Both the position numbers and the translations under genes were made by a program. Under the pieces are notes generated by a model. The model saw nothing but the letters and a program-made list of their open reading frames with translations. It did not search any database and had not been told where the DNA came from. A DNA stretch of 63,230 bases, counting the filler, from Reticulomyxa filosa (lineage: Eukaryota; Protista; Foraminifera), in assembly GCA_000512085.1 (NCBI GenBank). It is 19 parts of 19 records of this genome, joined end to end, with 100 filler letters (N's around TTAATTAATTAA, not from the genome) between each part and the next. Parts side by side here need not be neighbours in the genome. Positions count along the whole stretch, not along the records: positions 1 to 4,092 come from ASPP01044781.1; positions 4,193 to 5,711 come from ASPP01023950.1; positions 5,812 to 7,502 come from ASPP01040058.1; positions 7,603 to 12,924 come from ASPP01026849.1; positions 13,025 to 18,781 come from ASPP01005866.1; 14 more parts are not named here. One strand, written 5' to 3'. This document shows, piece by piece, positions 1 to 13,120 of the stretch (positions are counted from its first letter, which is position 1; each line of letters starts with the position of its first letter).

Positions 1-308
1 GACAATATGCATATCTACATATCAAAATTTGTTAAGAAAACAAATACTTTGTCTTCATTTTATATCTTTCATCTTGTCAATCTCATTTATTATTTATTTC
101 AAAAAACTATCACAGAAAAATAAAAGATAATTAATACATATTTACAAAAAGATAGTATGCTATTATGTGTGCAAAACCACTCTTTATTACTTATGTATAT
201 ATGATATATTTACGCAATTTTTTTTTGTATGTTGTTTTTTAAATCAAAAATTCCGACGAGTTTTTTTTTAAACCGAATCTGCAAGTGATAAATAATACAA
301 ACAACATG

Positions 309-1140
309 CTAATGAATTCGATGCGCACATTGCATTTCCAACAGCGAAGTGGCAATGGTAATATTAACCCTTGGATGATCAAGGCGAACCTTCGTACATA
401 TATCTAGCAACGATGATGAACAACAAAGGTTTTGGAATTGATGGAAACTTAACCATTGCAAGATAACCACAACAGCATCAAAGGTATAATCAATATCAAC
501 AATATGAGATTGCAATGAAATATTATGCAGCCAAAGTGTCATTATCCACTCCACATGCCTTTTACAATGCACATAGACATATACACGTATCACTGCAGTA
601 TTATCCGGCGAACAGACTAACTGAACTGCTCCAGTTTAAACAAAGTGTGTCAGTCCTTTGAACCAGCGGCTCATCGGAACGAATCAGTCTAATGCCTTTA
701 CTGCTACTGCTGTGCGCTCACCAAACAATGCAAATTTTGCAATAAGCAAAGTCTCACAGATAGGTTCGCTCAATAAAAAGACCCATATGAAAACGACTGT
801 GACGACGGACGCAATCGCAACGGTGATCAAGATACAGTCAAAGACGACTATGGTAATATTGAACTCAATGTCTTTTGTAAACGAAGTAATTAAAACATCG
901 GGGACGGGATTGCTACGACTGATGACTGCACCTCCAGCTATGATTGCAACCAGCATTGGTTTCATTTCGGACACACAGGGCACTCGCAAAGATATCGAAT
1001 CAACAAGTGCGGTGAGGCTTATCAAAGCAAATATCGCCTTATTGTATGGATACAACAAACGCAACTCCAATAAGCCCGCTTTAATCGCTGATCTCGTGCG
1101 CAACTAGTACGGCAATTACATCATTCAAGCGATTACCAAA
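309..1140 (-). pseudogene. Decayed multi-pass membrane protein, possibly a cation:proton antiporter remnant
   Basis: Hydrophobic ORF 684-1103 (EMKPMLVAIIAGGAVISRS...IVVFDCIL) loosely resembles Na+/H+ antiporter helices. It is flanked by in-frame stops. Family call is weak. Confidence 0.25.
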
Positions 1141-3169
1141 GTTAGTATGTGCAGAGAACATAAAAATTATCGCGACGATTTAATTGAGCAAATATAGATT
1201 AATGTTTTCAAAACTGACTTGATCAAGTATCAATAGTCAAATGGATCAGCTCAACGAGTATGTAAACGCACAACGCTAAGCAACGAAAGAAAAAACAAAA
1301 AACACAATGCCTTTATTCCATTTTTTAAATATATATCAAAATAGTTATGCCAAATACATCAATTAAAAATATTGAACATTAGCCAAGCATACATACAAAT
1401 GATATATCAAAACTTTGACACAGAAAATGTAACATATTCAATAATAAATTATGTCATAAATAATTACTGGCAAAATATCAACCCACAAATGTACACTATA
1501 AAAATATTCACTAGGTCAATATTTTCATATAAAATTTACATTTGACCTACAACAACATATTGACAACAATGAACAAGACAAATTATTACAAAAAATATTT
1601 ATCACAAGAGACCAAACAAAATTAAATAAAGTAATAAAGTTAATCAATAATAAATTTCTTTCTTCAAGTTTGTTTTTTATTATAAACTATAAAATGAATT
1701 ACGATGCTTTGCACTTTCTCACCGCATAACAAAATTCAGACAATAAAAAAAATATTGTTTCAGATAGTTAAAGAGAAAACTTCCTAGTAAAAAAGAAAGA
1801 GAACAGATTGAATTTATCCGAAAATCAAGCTTTGTCATAACCCCAATTGTACTGATCCAAACAATGATCATTTTGTAAACGACGTTCCCCAAGGACAATC
1901 TACACAGTGAAAAAAAACAAATATCGAATAAATTCTGTCATTAAAAAACAGATACAGTATAAACAACCTTATGCAAAGGGTTTATCAAAAATAACAAATT
2001 TCCAGACAGAATAAATTAAAAAACGAATGGTAAATCAACAAATGGAAAGTATTGGTTAGTTTGTATCTTATTTACGTACTACGTGTTTCAAATATTATAA
2101 ACCAAGTAATTAACAATGGCAATACTATATGATAAAATAACAATAACAATAATAACAAAATTTCAAACTTTGAAACAAAAAGGCCAGCTCACTTCAACTA
2201 ATGGCAAAAAAGTTTGAATGATAAATTATTTATTATTCCAAAGAATATTTGTTTTGCCAAATCAGTGAAAGGTGTACCAAAATATCACAAAGGCTTGTTT
2301 GTGGGTTGATACTTGATAGATTTGCTTTTGTGATCCAAAAGAATATCCATCCCTTCAAAATTCGTGTTCGATTTAGCTATTCGCTTGAATACAATCCACA
2401 TCACTTCCATCATTCCAAACGTAATATCATTGTTTGTTCCAAATTGCAATACAGAGAATTCATACCGTTGTCCCCTCTTTTGTTCATAATTTATCTGCAT
2501 TTCAGTGTTCAAAAGATTGTTGCTATTATAATTATCGTTCTGATTATCATCAAAAATGAGATGCACCGATAACTAATGTAATGATAGAATGCATAAGACT
2601 TGAAACATTAAGGCAGGATATACTAAAAATAAAACAAGTAGATGATATACAAATGACAATAAAGAATCTACAAGCTTTCTGTCAAAGAGCGTTTGATAAG
2701 TCTATATAAATAAAAAGAATAATTGTAAAGAGTATTTGAGAATTGCATTAAATGAAAATAAAGTGATGTTACTAATGAGACCAATGCATTCAATAACTCA
2801 ATTTTTGCAGCACTGCCTTGCGGCCGACTGGTTTGATAGGCGAAATACTTCAAAATCTAAACTAGTTGCATAATCTGGTTCATAGATTTGCATTTTATGT
2901 AATGTCTTTTTTTCTGTAATTTGTCACTGTAACTGATCCCTCCAAAACTTTTATCTAATGAATATCCACCAATCACACAATACGCAAGTTACGTATCTTC
3001 GACGATTTCAGAAACATTGACAGATTTTTAAGACTGCTGAAAGTACTACACCATCTCGTTTTTTTTTTAGAAGGGTTAAATTTTTCGTAATAAAAAAAAA
3101 AAAAACTATTAAAGAATGATCATGGTAAGATCTTTTTTCTGTGCATTGTCTTTTTTTCCCTAAAAAAAA

Positions 3170-4092
3170 AGCTGTTTGCGCTGACGTAGACATCAGAAGA
3201 AAGCACAAACATAGGACAATATGCCAATATTGAATGAGTTGAACGCCCGAATGTGCGACTTGAGACGATTGAACGAACTATTTTACAAGCCATGGCGAAA
3301 CGAAGCAAAAGCGACACGAAAAAAGCAAGCGATGTGCGACACAAGTTGTTGGATGAGGTGATATCACGCAACAATAAATTTCTATTCAGTTTGCAGAAGC
3401 TAGCTGCCTCACTTATTAGTTAAAAACAAAAACAGGACAACTATTTTCTTCTTTGATGATTCGATTCTTTGTTCATGATCTTGCTTGATAGAAACTGAAA
3501 CTAATGAACAAACTCACGTGGTCGACGACTGACTATGCCCGAAATGCTGTCGAATTTTTGTCCGATTCGATCATATGACGTTCAAGCATTCCACCATTTT
3601 CACCATCGCCCACTGTAGTATGTAGTTGATATGCACTTTGTCATTTATTTACAAAATAGATAAAATTGTATGTAGGGACATTATAAATGCAATAAGAAAA
3701 AAAAGGCTGTAAATGTGCCAATTGACACTTGAGCGGCAGGCATTGACAGCCAATATGTCATGGGGTAATACACTCCAATAATATGCTACACGAGACAGGG
3801 GATCTGTTTGTTGCAAACGCAGCTTGAACCAACAGTGGTACAAGATCAAGTTGAAAGATGGCAAAAAGGATTACATTTGCGCGGCTTGCATAACCAAAGC
3901 AGCGAAGAATTGAACAGCGGAGACATCGCGGAAGCAAACATCGCTTTTGCCAAAGTCGTAACAAATAATGTTTTGCGAGTGCGTGTCGAGTCAGTCGGCG
4001 AACATCACATAGTGTAAGAGCTTCAATGCCAAGTTTTGGGGCATTGCAATTGGCAGTCACTTGGACTACTTGGACAAAGTGTGCAAATGGTA
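3170..4092 (+). pseudogene. Decayed gene with RhoGEF(DH)-like and LIM-like fragments
   Basis: Frame-broken peptides RHKLLDEVISRNNKFLFSLQKL and GQLFSSL (DH-like), and SVCCKRSLNQQWYKIKLKDGKKDYICAAC (LIM-like), with many stops. Confidence 0.3.
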
Positions 4093-4192
4093 NNNNNNNN
4101 NNNNNNNNNNNNNNNNNNNNNNNNNNNNNNNNNNNNTTAATTAATTAANNNNNNNNNNNNNNNNNNNNNNNNNNNNNNNNNNNNNNNNNNNN
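4093..4192. other. Artificial contig spacer N44-TTAATTAATTAA-N44 (first of 18)
   Basis: The same 100-nt linker, with stops in all six frames, starts at 4093, 5712, 7503, 12925, 18782, 20126, 22537, 23654, 31752, 33481, 36431, 37890, 41711, 43609, 47559, 50243, 57664 and 61940. Genes are truncated at the linkers. Confidence 0.98.
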
Positions 4193-4649
4193 AGATTGTT
4201 GGGTGTTGGTCATGATTGCTATCACATGTGGTACGATTTGAACCTGTCAATATCCTTTGCCCAATGGACTTCCATTGAGTACACTCTTTCCACTTTTCTC
4301 TCAATTGTCGCAGTCCTTCCATTTGCCTTGGCAATTGCCCTGCAAACGCAACTTCCTCTCGCACTCCTCCAACACACACTCCCATGTCTTGCTTTCTGTC
4401 TCTTTGTCTTCGACTTTGCTCAATCCAATGCGACGTCGCTTCAAATTCTCAAATCGTTGCTTTTTTTTTTTTTTTTACGTTTTGCTTTGTTTTGCTGTCT
4501 CTCATGTTCATTCACAAATACACCGTCACTGGCTCAGAGGACGTTACTTGTTTTCGCAAACTCAGTCGGTCTGATTGCCGCTTTTTACGTGTGCTTTCCA
4601 TGTCCAATCCTTTTTGAAAGTCCCGCTTCAGTGCCAGAGCCGAAAACAT
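4193..4649 (-). CDS. Importin-alpha-like protein, N-terminal IBB domain (3' truncated; one frameshift)
   Basis: ATG 4649, GT-AG intron 4547-4460. Spliced peptide MFSALALKRDFQKGLDMESTRKKRQSDRLSLRKQQRFENLKRRRI matches the IBB pattern (RRRR...LRK.KR...L.KRR). Confidence 0.65.
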
Positions 4650-5079
4650 TGTCCGAAATGTTTTCACTATTTTTCAGCTAATACAAATGATAATGTTGCA
4701 AGAGAGTTTTTTCAATGAGTTGAATACTAAGCACTAACATTTGTTTTTAGAAAACTTGGAGGTATTGACAGGGTATAATTAAAAAAACAAAACCAGAGTA
4801 CAATAAATAATTGTAAATAATGATCTCATGTTTCCCTATATTAAAACGAAATAAATCAAATTTACGTACGATCCAATGATTGTGTATTTTTCTGCTTATA
4901 ACGAGCAAGTTTTTTTTTAAAAATGCCATTATTGACATTACAAGTTTGTGACTTTTTATTTTTCTCAAAGAAAGTGCATTAGAATTGCACATATCATTTT
5001 TTTTAATAATTTGCTTGGGCGAAACTGAAGCCAATCATGAAAGGGAATACAGGCCTAGAAGAAACGAATAGGAAAAAAA

Positions 5080-5641
5080 TTAAGATTGATAAGACAGACA
5101 TTGGACAAGAATGTCCCAACTATTCCTCTGTGTTTTGTTTTCAATTTGTTTTTGTTTATCTTGAGCATTTTCAGCACCGTCAAATGTTTCACTTTCGCCA
5201 GAGTTAGCAGCGTAAACAGGATCCCAGATCCACAAGTCTACGAAAAAAAAAAATTTTTTTTTAGTTGTGGGAAAGATGTTATATAGCAAAGAGCCTTTAT
5301 GGAATAGATAAAACATGCATATATATATATATGCATATATGTATATATATATATAATATGCATAAACTGGTCATCCATTTTTCAGTTCCGTGTAAGGGCG
5401 GCTCAGCTCGATGCAAAGTGGTGGCGTCGACATTTCCATCTTCTAAGAGATCATAGAAGAACATGATATTGCCCTTTCCCGGATGCAAGCCAAAATAGCC
5501 GCGTTCATCGAGACAAGACGAATGGGCCTCGGGGAAGCTGGTGTTGCCCCCTCCGAACGGTACTTCGTTCAGATACATCAAAAAGGTGATGAAGCGATTG
5601 TTCACATTGTCATTGAAATAGTCCACATGCGACTGTTGCAA
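5080..5641 (-). CDS. Prolyl 4-hydroxylase alpha-type 2OG-Fe(II) dioxygenase, C-terminal part
   Basis: HVD...RFITFLMYLNEV..GGNTSFP...PGKGNIMFFY...TLHRAEP...EKWMT(intron)NLWIWDP: HxD...H iron triad and the 2OG-binding Lys. Confidence 0.9.
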
Positions 5642-5811
5642 AAGTAGATTATTGTTGCTGTTGGTTATTTTTTTTTTTTTAACATTTTTTTTTTTTTTTT
5701 TTTTTTTTTTTNNNNNNNNNNNNNNNNNNNNNNNNNNNNNNNNNNNNNNNNNNNNTTAATTAATTAANNNNNNNNNNNNNNNNNNNNNNNNNNNNNNNNN
5801 NNNNNNNNNNN

Positions 5812-7271
5812 CTTGGCAATTTGAATGGACAGGAATTCTTTAAATGGCATGCCACTCGTCCAACTAAATGAAAATGACAATTGATCTTTGGAATAGGCTT
5901 TTCCAAAGAAACAAATGGCTCCAATTGCGTAGCCTCTGTTCGAACATGGTCTCATATTAAAGGCATCGCTGTCAATCGTCCGTGGGCAGAATCCAATGGT
6001 ATTTTCAGTAAATAATATTGTCACATTTTCTTTCTTCACTACCAATGTTTTTTTTCTTTTTGTTATACAGGTTCATCTTCCATACTGTTTTTTTTGCACG
6101 TATTCGATCTCTTTACCACTCGACCATTAAAGCATCATGCTGCAAGATTTCAATTTCGCATATTGCCCTTTTTTATTTGGATCACTACATTGGAGATTGC
6201 TTTTGTGCAAAATACCACGTACATATGATACACTAAACAACATTGTTTCGCATATGCTTCAATCTTTTGCGTTTGCATCCAACGAATATAGTCTTGGTCA
6301 CAAAAACAAATTAATTATAAATAATAATAAGTATATATATACAAATATACATATGTATTTATATATTTGATATTTATTATTACAAACAGGTATAACATAA
6401 AACCAAATGCCAACAGTTTCATTATTGCCAGTTGCTTCTGTTGTTCCAATAACATCAAAATAAGGAACTCCATTAACACTGCCGTCGATTGCATGTGACT
6501 CCATCGGTCCAACTTGACTACAGTCATCATATATTGAAAAATCCAAGTCCAGAAACGAATAAATACAGTCTTTGCATTGGCTGTTCACACTTACGATCAC
6601 TTTCTTTTCCATTTCAACTTCGAGTTCCTCCAATCTTTTATGTGATTTTGTCGACCGGAGCAAATAACAAATATAACATCAACAATGTCGTCTCATTGTC
6701 GAGAACGACATAACATTTTCTTTGAACCATGCGCTCATGCGCATATCACCGTTTTTTTTTTCCATTTTTTCTACTTTTTTTCTTTTCTTTTTTTTTTTTC
6801 TTCTTTTTTTCTTTTTTTCTTTTTTTCTTTTTTTCCTCTTTTTTCTTTTTTTTTCATTTTTTTTCTTAATATCATTTTTTTCTTTTTCCAACATTTTTTT
6901 TGTCATTTTTTCTTTTTTTTATTTATCATTTCTTTTTTTCTTTCATTTTTCCAACAAAATTTTCACCAATTTCCCACTTTTTTCCCTTTCAACATTTTTT
7001 CCCTTTCAACATTTTTTCCCAATTCCTATACCTCAAATAGAAATAAAATAAATAAACAAAAAAACTTTACAAAATGTTCTTGATCTTGTTTCCTGTACAC
7101 ACAACCACAAATCAAAACAACTTTTTTTTTTTCAATGAAAAAACAAAAACATACTTTTGCTGTGGAGCCAAAAGCTCCAATTCCAAATAATCTATTTTGT
7201 GTGTCTTTTGTCATTGTGATGGGACACATAGATTTTTTTTTATGGGGGCGTGCCTGTTTACAAGCACACAA
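5812..7271 (-). other. Fragmented hypothetical gene with a degenerate EGF-like segment and a K/E-rich low-complexity tract
   Basis: ORF pieces at 7026-7271, 6298-6663 and 5812-6045. RPCSNRGYAIGAICFFGKAYS resembles an EGF repeat that has lost cysteines. Confidence 0.25.
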
Positions 7272-8901
7272 ATGTTTAATTTAAAAAAATTTAAAAAAAT
7301 TAAAAAAATGCAAACTCTTTTATTTATTTTTGAATACGGGGTGGCTTCAACCCCAAAGTTTGTTGATTATGGGGACGGGGGCATTACGTATACTTTTTTT
7401 TTTTGAACACAGGTTGATGCTGTTCAAAAAACAAAGTTAATTTTGTTAAAATATATATATGTATATAAATATTAGCAAACCTTTTGTACTCCTTTCGGAG
7501 ACNNNNNNNNNNNNNNNNNNNNNNNNNNNNNNNNNNNNNNNNNNNNTTAATTAATTAANNNNNNNNNNNNNNNNNNNNNNNNNNNNNNNNNNNNNNNNNN
7601 NNTTTTTTTTTTCTCCTAAATTTGATGGTGGCCAAGAAAAAAAAAACCACTCCGTTAAGATAGAAAAGAGAGATGTACTTTCAACCCAACAATTTTAACG
7701 TTTTACATTTTTTCTTTCTGTCAACCAATCAATAACTAAATTCACTTCTTTTTTTTATTTGTTCAATGTTTAATATTGCATCAGGAAAAAAAAAAAAAAC
7801 ACAATGAAATAAGACATAAATAACTTTGATGTTATATTCTTGTAGACGTCCTCACTTTTGTTTTAAATTTTTCTTCATTTTGTGTTTTCTTTTTTTCCTT
7901 GTGTTGCTAAGTTGTTTTCCCTTTTTCCTTCTTGAAGTGATTCTCTTTTTTTCTTTTTTTTTTTTTGACCGACCTGTCATTGTAAAATAAAAACTCCATA
8001 ACACTAATGTCTTTTTTTTTCTGTTTCTCCTTGGTTCTCTTATTTAGAGCAAATAAATATCTCTTTGGTGTGACTAGTGTTTCATTTTTATTATTTTTGT
8101 TTGGTTTTCGTTTTTTGCGTCACAATACGCAAAGCCGAAATATCTAGAGGAAAATTATTTTCAAAAAAAAATGGAATATTTTTGTTATATTATTGTTATT
8201 AATTTATTGTTGGTTGTTTTTGTTTTGTCAAATTCTACCTACAATTTGTATGCTAGTTTTGGTTATTTTTCTTGCACCTCCCAAGGAAAAAAAAAATTGT
8301 TTCTTTTTTTTTCTGTTATTGGGCTGTGTGGTCACAGTTTTGTTATTACGTGAAGAGTGTTCATTGAAAAAAAGATTCAGGTCTTTTTTTTATTGGTGTA
8401 TCAAATCTTAAAATGTAACTATTATAATGATGTTGTATTTCTAGTTTGACTGCCAGAGTTTACCAGAAATCATTGAATGGGTGTTGAACGACTTGACAAA
8501 CAAGCAGAGCTGTTGAAACGTGTATTGTGGTTATTTTGGCTGTATCCCTCGCAAAGTTATCGCATCCTCAGTGCCGTTTATTCCACTAATAATGCACTAG
8601 CTTCGTATATTGACAAGTTTGGGTTGACGATATCATTTTGATGTTTTTTTGTTAGAAACCAAAAGAGCATTTGGATACGAACACAGGAATATCCCAAATC
8701 AAGGGATACAAATGCTTGTTGAGCAAAAGAGGATATTTTCATAATATTTGTTTTCTTAGCTTACACGTTATTAAGAGAAAAATTCCTTCATGATCATAAT
8801 TTTCCTGGATTAACTTTCTTTCTAAAGGAAGAGTGTTTAAGTTAGAAATTTCAAAAACAAGGGATCTTTCCAGGAGAAGGGAAAAAAACTTGCAAACTAT
8901 C

Positions 8902-10082
8902 ATGACCGCCCTGCACGAAACAGAAACATTGGCCTTACCATTTTTAGATGTTACATTACCTGATAACAAAATATTTTCAAAGATTGAGCAGGCATCTAAT
9001 ATAGCAAAAGCCAATTTTTTGGTTTCATTTGAGTCGGACTTGATAATAATAAAGGAAAGGGACATACCATTTCTGGCAAGACTAGCAAAGAACTTGTCAC
9101 AAAAAGGTGAAAAGCTATCTCAGGCGAAAGTGGACACGAACAATCCAGCGACTTCCAAATCAGTGCAAGAGGCTCCAAAAAGCAGCGACCCTTTTATGCC
9201 GCCATTTGCACATGGAAGTCACGTGTGCGACTTGAATAGGACGCATCGTTTGTTATTGAATAAGTTTAACGTTGTGAGTAACCACATTGTAGTTGTGACA
9301 CAAAAATATGAGTCCCAGCACGACCCTCTTACATTGGCAGATGCGCAAGTAATGCTGGATCTTTTGAGATCAGCCGATTATCTATTGTTTTTCAACGGCG
9401 GTGTTAACAGTGGCGCCTCGCAGCCACATAAGCATATCCAAGGCATCCCAAGAGGGATCTCATCACACGAACTGCCCATTGACTTGTGTTTGTTCGATTC
9501 CAAAGGAAAGCACAGTCACCCCAATAAAATCCAAGTCAATTTTTTTGCAGAGCTTTATCCGTTTATTCATTGCAGTTATTTCTTTGGAAAAAACGCCCTT
9601 GACAATGTCAGTGGGAAGTCATTGTTGGAATTGTACTTACAAATGATTGAGCAAACAAAACTTACCATTAAACAGTCAAATGATGTCTCTGTTCAAAAAG
9701 TTATTGCCATTGGAGAAACCCATCATCATCTTTCGCTTGGAAAAAAAAAAACAACAAAACATACATACATGCACATATACATATACATACACACATGAAC
9801 ACTTTTATGTTTTCACTCGATGCAACTTCATAGTGTCTGAAAGATGACTTATTTTCGTACAATTTGTTAATGACCAGAGAATACATCCTGATTTTTCCTC
9901 GTCGACATGAGAGCTATGTCGACCAAGACACTGCTGTGGAAATATCTGTTAACTCACTGGGCTTTGCCGGAACTTTCTTTTGCAAATCAGAACAAAGTTT
10001 GCAAGTTCTAAAAAAAGTCGGTCCACTGACTGTTCTGAAGGGTGTAGGCTGTCCAATCGCTGTTGTCAAATCCGATTTGTAA
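8902..10082 (+). CDS. ATP adenylyltransferase / Ap4A phosphorylase (Apa2-like, HIT superfamily)
   Basis: DPFMPP, LLNKFNV, FFNGGVNSGASQPHKHIQ (HxHxQ). After an intron (~9700-9834) come SYNLLMTREY...PRR and VNSLGFAG. Confidence 0.92.
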
Positions 10083-10455
10083 ATTTTGAAAACCATTCGT
10101 TTGCTTTATTTCAATCTTTTTTTTTTTCCAGTCGCTTATCACATTTTTCATTTGGCATTATATTGCACTTTACAATTGTCCATGCTAACCAAACAAAATA
10201 AGAGTGATTTTGCAACGAATCCACACGCAAAAACAAGTATCAGTGTCTCAAGACGGCTCCTTAATTTTATTGGCAGCCTTTAAATTGTTGCGTATGAAAT
10301 GCTATGCAAACATAAGGAAATAAAGCCAAAAAATTTCCATTATATGATAAATCATTGTTTTTTGAAAGCTCCTTATGCAAGTCAAAGTTGCCGGCAAAAA
10401 AAAACATCAGCTTACAAAATCAACATTTTTTTAATAGTTGAAACGGTTGTATTGT

Positions 10456-11447
10456 TTATTGTTGGTCAGTTTGTTCCTCTGGTTGTCCTTGTTGTTCTTG
10501 ATCCTTCTGTTCTTGAACTTCTTGTACTTGATCTTTTTGCTCTAGGTCTTCTTGCTCTAGGTCTTCTTGCTCTAGATCTTCTTGCTCTAGATCTTCTTGC
10601 TCTAGATATTCTTGTCCAGAATTTGACGAACTCGAATTAATTTCTTCATTTTCATCGTCTTCGACTGGCTGAGCAGACGGAATGTCATTGAAAAGGGGTC
10701 GTATGTCCGCAGGCATAACATCAAGCTGTCTTTTCCATTTTCTGGGATTGATTTCTGGTTTTTCATAGATGGGTCTTTCAAAGTGATGCAACATTGAAGC
10801 CAAAACTTTGACAATTCCAGGTTCTTCCAACAATTCGGTCAATAATGTGATCAATTCTTTTTTGGAAGCCACATGTTTTAAAAAACCATCTTTCCGTCCA
10901 GCCCCCATCGTGTAACGTCATCGTTTCGATTTTGTCACTTTTTTTTTTTAATCTTAATTTAATGTGCTGAAACACAATACACGAATACGTATGATATCAT
11001 GCAAAAAAAAAAAAAAGCCGTGTACCTGTACACACCAGGCTTATCCATTTGAATTTTGTACCCATCGGATTGGATGATCCCTGTATTCTGAGAAGGCTCC
11101 ACACAACAAAATCCCAGAGCTATAAATTGGTACGCATTTGAGTGCATGTCGTAGTCATAGTAAAAGCCTCGCAATAACTCCATTGCTTGCATGCCCACGT
11201 TCGCTCGCAGTTCCGGCCAGTCTTCTGGCGCCTTTAGCAGCCGCCATTCGTGAAACCCTTCGAAAGAAAACGGTGGACCGCTCTCTCTAGTAGACTTGAA
11301 ATTAGAACCATCAATTACAATTTCAAAAAGGACATCATGTTTTGGATCTTCCCAATATCCTTCATATCGTCCGAAAGGCAATTCAATATCACTTTTAGAG
11401 ATGGAAAATGCCATTTTTGCCCTTTTCTTATTACAAGCAGCACTCAC
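10456..11447 (-). CDS. Hypothetical two-exon protein with an acidic (LEQED)n tail
   Basis: ORFs 10959-11447 and 10456-10908 are separated by an intron-like T-rich stretch. No family recognised. Confidence 0.6.
10535..10612. repeat. 15-bp coding minisatellite (cttcttgctctagRt)n encoding LEQED
   Basis: About five tandem units are visible. Confidence 0.85.
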
Positions 11448-12254
11448 CCAAAAGGAGCACGTTGCGTGGTACAGCTCAATAACGCACGTATTTCAAGACT
11501 TTAATTTTTTAATTATTGTGCTCTGCTATATATTTACAGAAATTAATTAAACTTTTTTTAAAAATTAAACAGAAAACAAAAAGAAAAGGAAACCACCAAG
11601 CAAAAAATGCAGTTAATATCTGCATTATTTTTTCGCCATTGACGTCGCAGGGGTTATAATAAACCTTCAATAATCGTAATTTCCGTCTTTTCAACGTTTG
11701 TTAATTTATATTTTACTTTTCAGTTTTATAACACTCAAACTTTCCTGACACTCGCGGACTCAACAAGAATGAAACAAGCAGTTGAGTAGAGTAAATGAGG
11801 AGTTTTGGAAAGATAGCCTATAACGTGAGGCAAGCCACTGTTGCTTTATTTTATTTTTTGCTTCTGTGGAAATGTTGCTCAAAGGAATACGTGTTTCATA
11901 CTACACCTTCAAAGTGGATAAATTCTTTGGAGAAATAAGCGAAAAAATGAGTGCAAAAAAATTTCTCTTTATTTATGGTTTTTCTTAGTATCTGGTTCAA
12001 CTGTTCTTTTTTTTTAAAATTTATTTACACACAATGCAACTTTGCTCTATCTAATAAATGATTCTTGTGGTAATGTTAGTTTTTTCTGTAAGCTCTGAGA
12101 CCCTCGTTTTTGGTTTATTTTTTTAGTTTTTGCAGTGGTAACAGTAATCAATTTTTTTTAGTTTATAAAAAAACAAAGCCTACACAGGGAGCCAAAGCTT
12201 GTGTTCTTTTTTTAAAATTAATCTTTGTTTTTTTAATCTCAACAAAAAATAAAC

Positions 12255-12924
12255 ATGAGTTCAAGTGAAAACGAAAGATCAGTAGACGAACCACAAAAAA
12301 AGATAATGTTTGCAAAGACGTACCGTAGTGTTACAGTGAGCAACAGCGAAGATAAAGAGGTGAGCCAGTACTTGAGAGAGTCATTAAAGCTAACAGAAGG
12401 GCAAGTGGAATCGCAAAGTAGCGATAATAAAGTGCTTAAAGACTTGAGAACAGAAGTAATACCAGCGCCAACAACAACAGCAATAACAACAGCAATAACA
12501 ACAACAGCAACAACAACGGATATTCCCGAATGGACGGATGAGATAGACCGCTTTCATAACTTCAAGACGGACAAGCAAATATCACCAACGTCGATGATTA
12601 AGAGCGTGAAGGAGATTCTTGTGTCGCTTCAGTCTGGATATGACTCGAATCCAGACTCACTTACGTATATCCTCGAGGGTAATTGCTTTTATTGTAAGAT
12701 CACTTTGGACGAGTTCAAGACGTGCGAGTTCAGTATCACCGTGTTTCGATACAAAGACGGCCTATGTTTGCTAGACGTGCAAGAGTTATTCGGAGAGCAC
12801 TTCACTTTCAGTGCTTTTTTAGAGAGTTTTAAAAATGATTTGCGAAAATCGGAACTGGTCTCTATTCCACAGCCGACACAGGTTACCCCCTTTTTTTTGG
12901 TCTTTTCTCCCCCTTTTTTTTTTT
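12255..12924 (+). CDS. KA1 / AMPK-family C-terminal-like domain protein (3' truncated)
   Basis: FKTDKQISPTSMIKSVKEIL...CEFSITVFRYKDGLCLLDVQELFGEHFTFSAFLESFKNDL follows the KA1/CIPK C-terminal pattern. No kinase domain lies between the ATG and this domain. Confidence 0.55.
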
Positions 12925-13024
12925 NNNNNNNNNNNNNNNNNNNNNNNNNNNNNNNNNNNNNNNNNNNNTTAATTAATTAANNNNNNNNNNNNNNNNNNNN
13001 NNNNNNNNNNNNNNNNNNNNNNNN

Positions 13025-13120
13025 TCTCTATCTCTATCTCTATCTCTATCTCTATCTCTATCTCTGTCTTTATCTCTGTCTCTGTCTTTGTCTCTATCTC
13101 TATCTCTATCTCTGTCTTTA
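13025..13120. repeat. (TCTCTA/TCTCTG)n hexamer repeat encoding (DR)n
   Basis: Tandem hexamers run to the contig end. Confidence 0.9.

Noticed and set aside
4137-4148. Recurrent TTAATTAATTAA palindrome as a biological repeat, recombination site or CRISPR repeat
   Set aside because: It is always centred in exactly 44+44 Ns. It is an artificial all-frame-stop concatenation linker.
7960-8730. Possible 7TM-like membrane gene fragments (also ~2285-2880 and ~40700-41450)
   Set aside because: Hydrophobic pieces are largely explained by T-richness, and no consistent spliced model could be built.
10535-10612. Regular short repeats as a CRISPR array
   Set aside because: Tandem 15-mers with no unique spacers, in frame within a protein. 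No CRISPR array was seen anywhere in the window.
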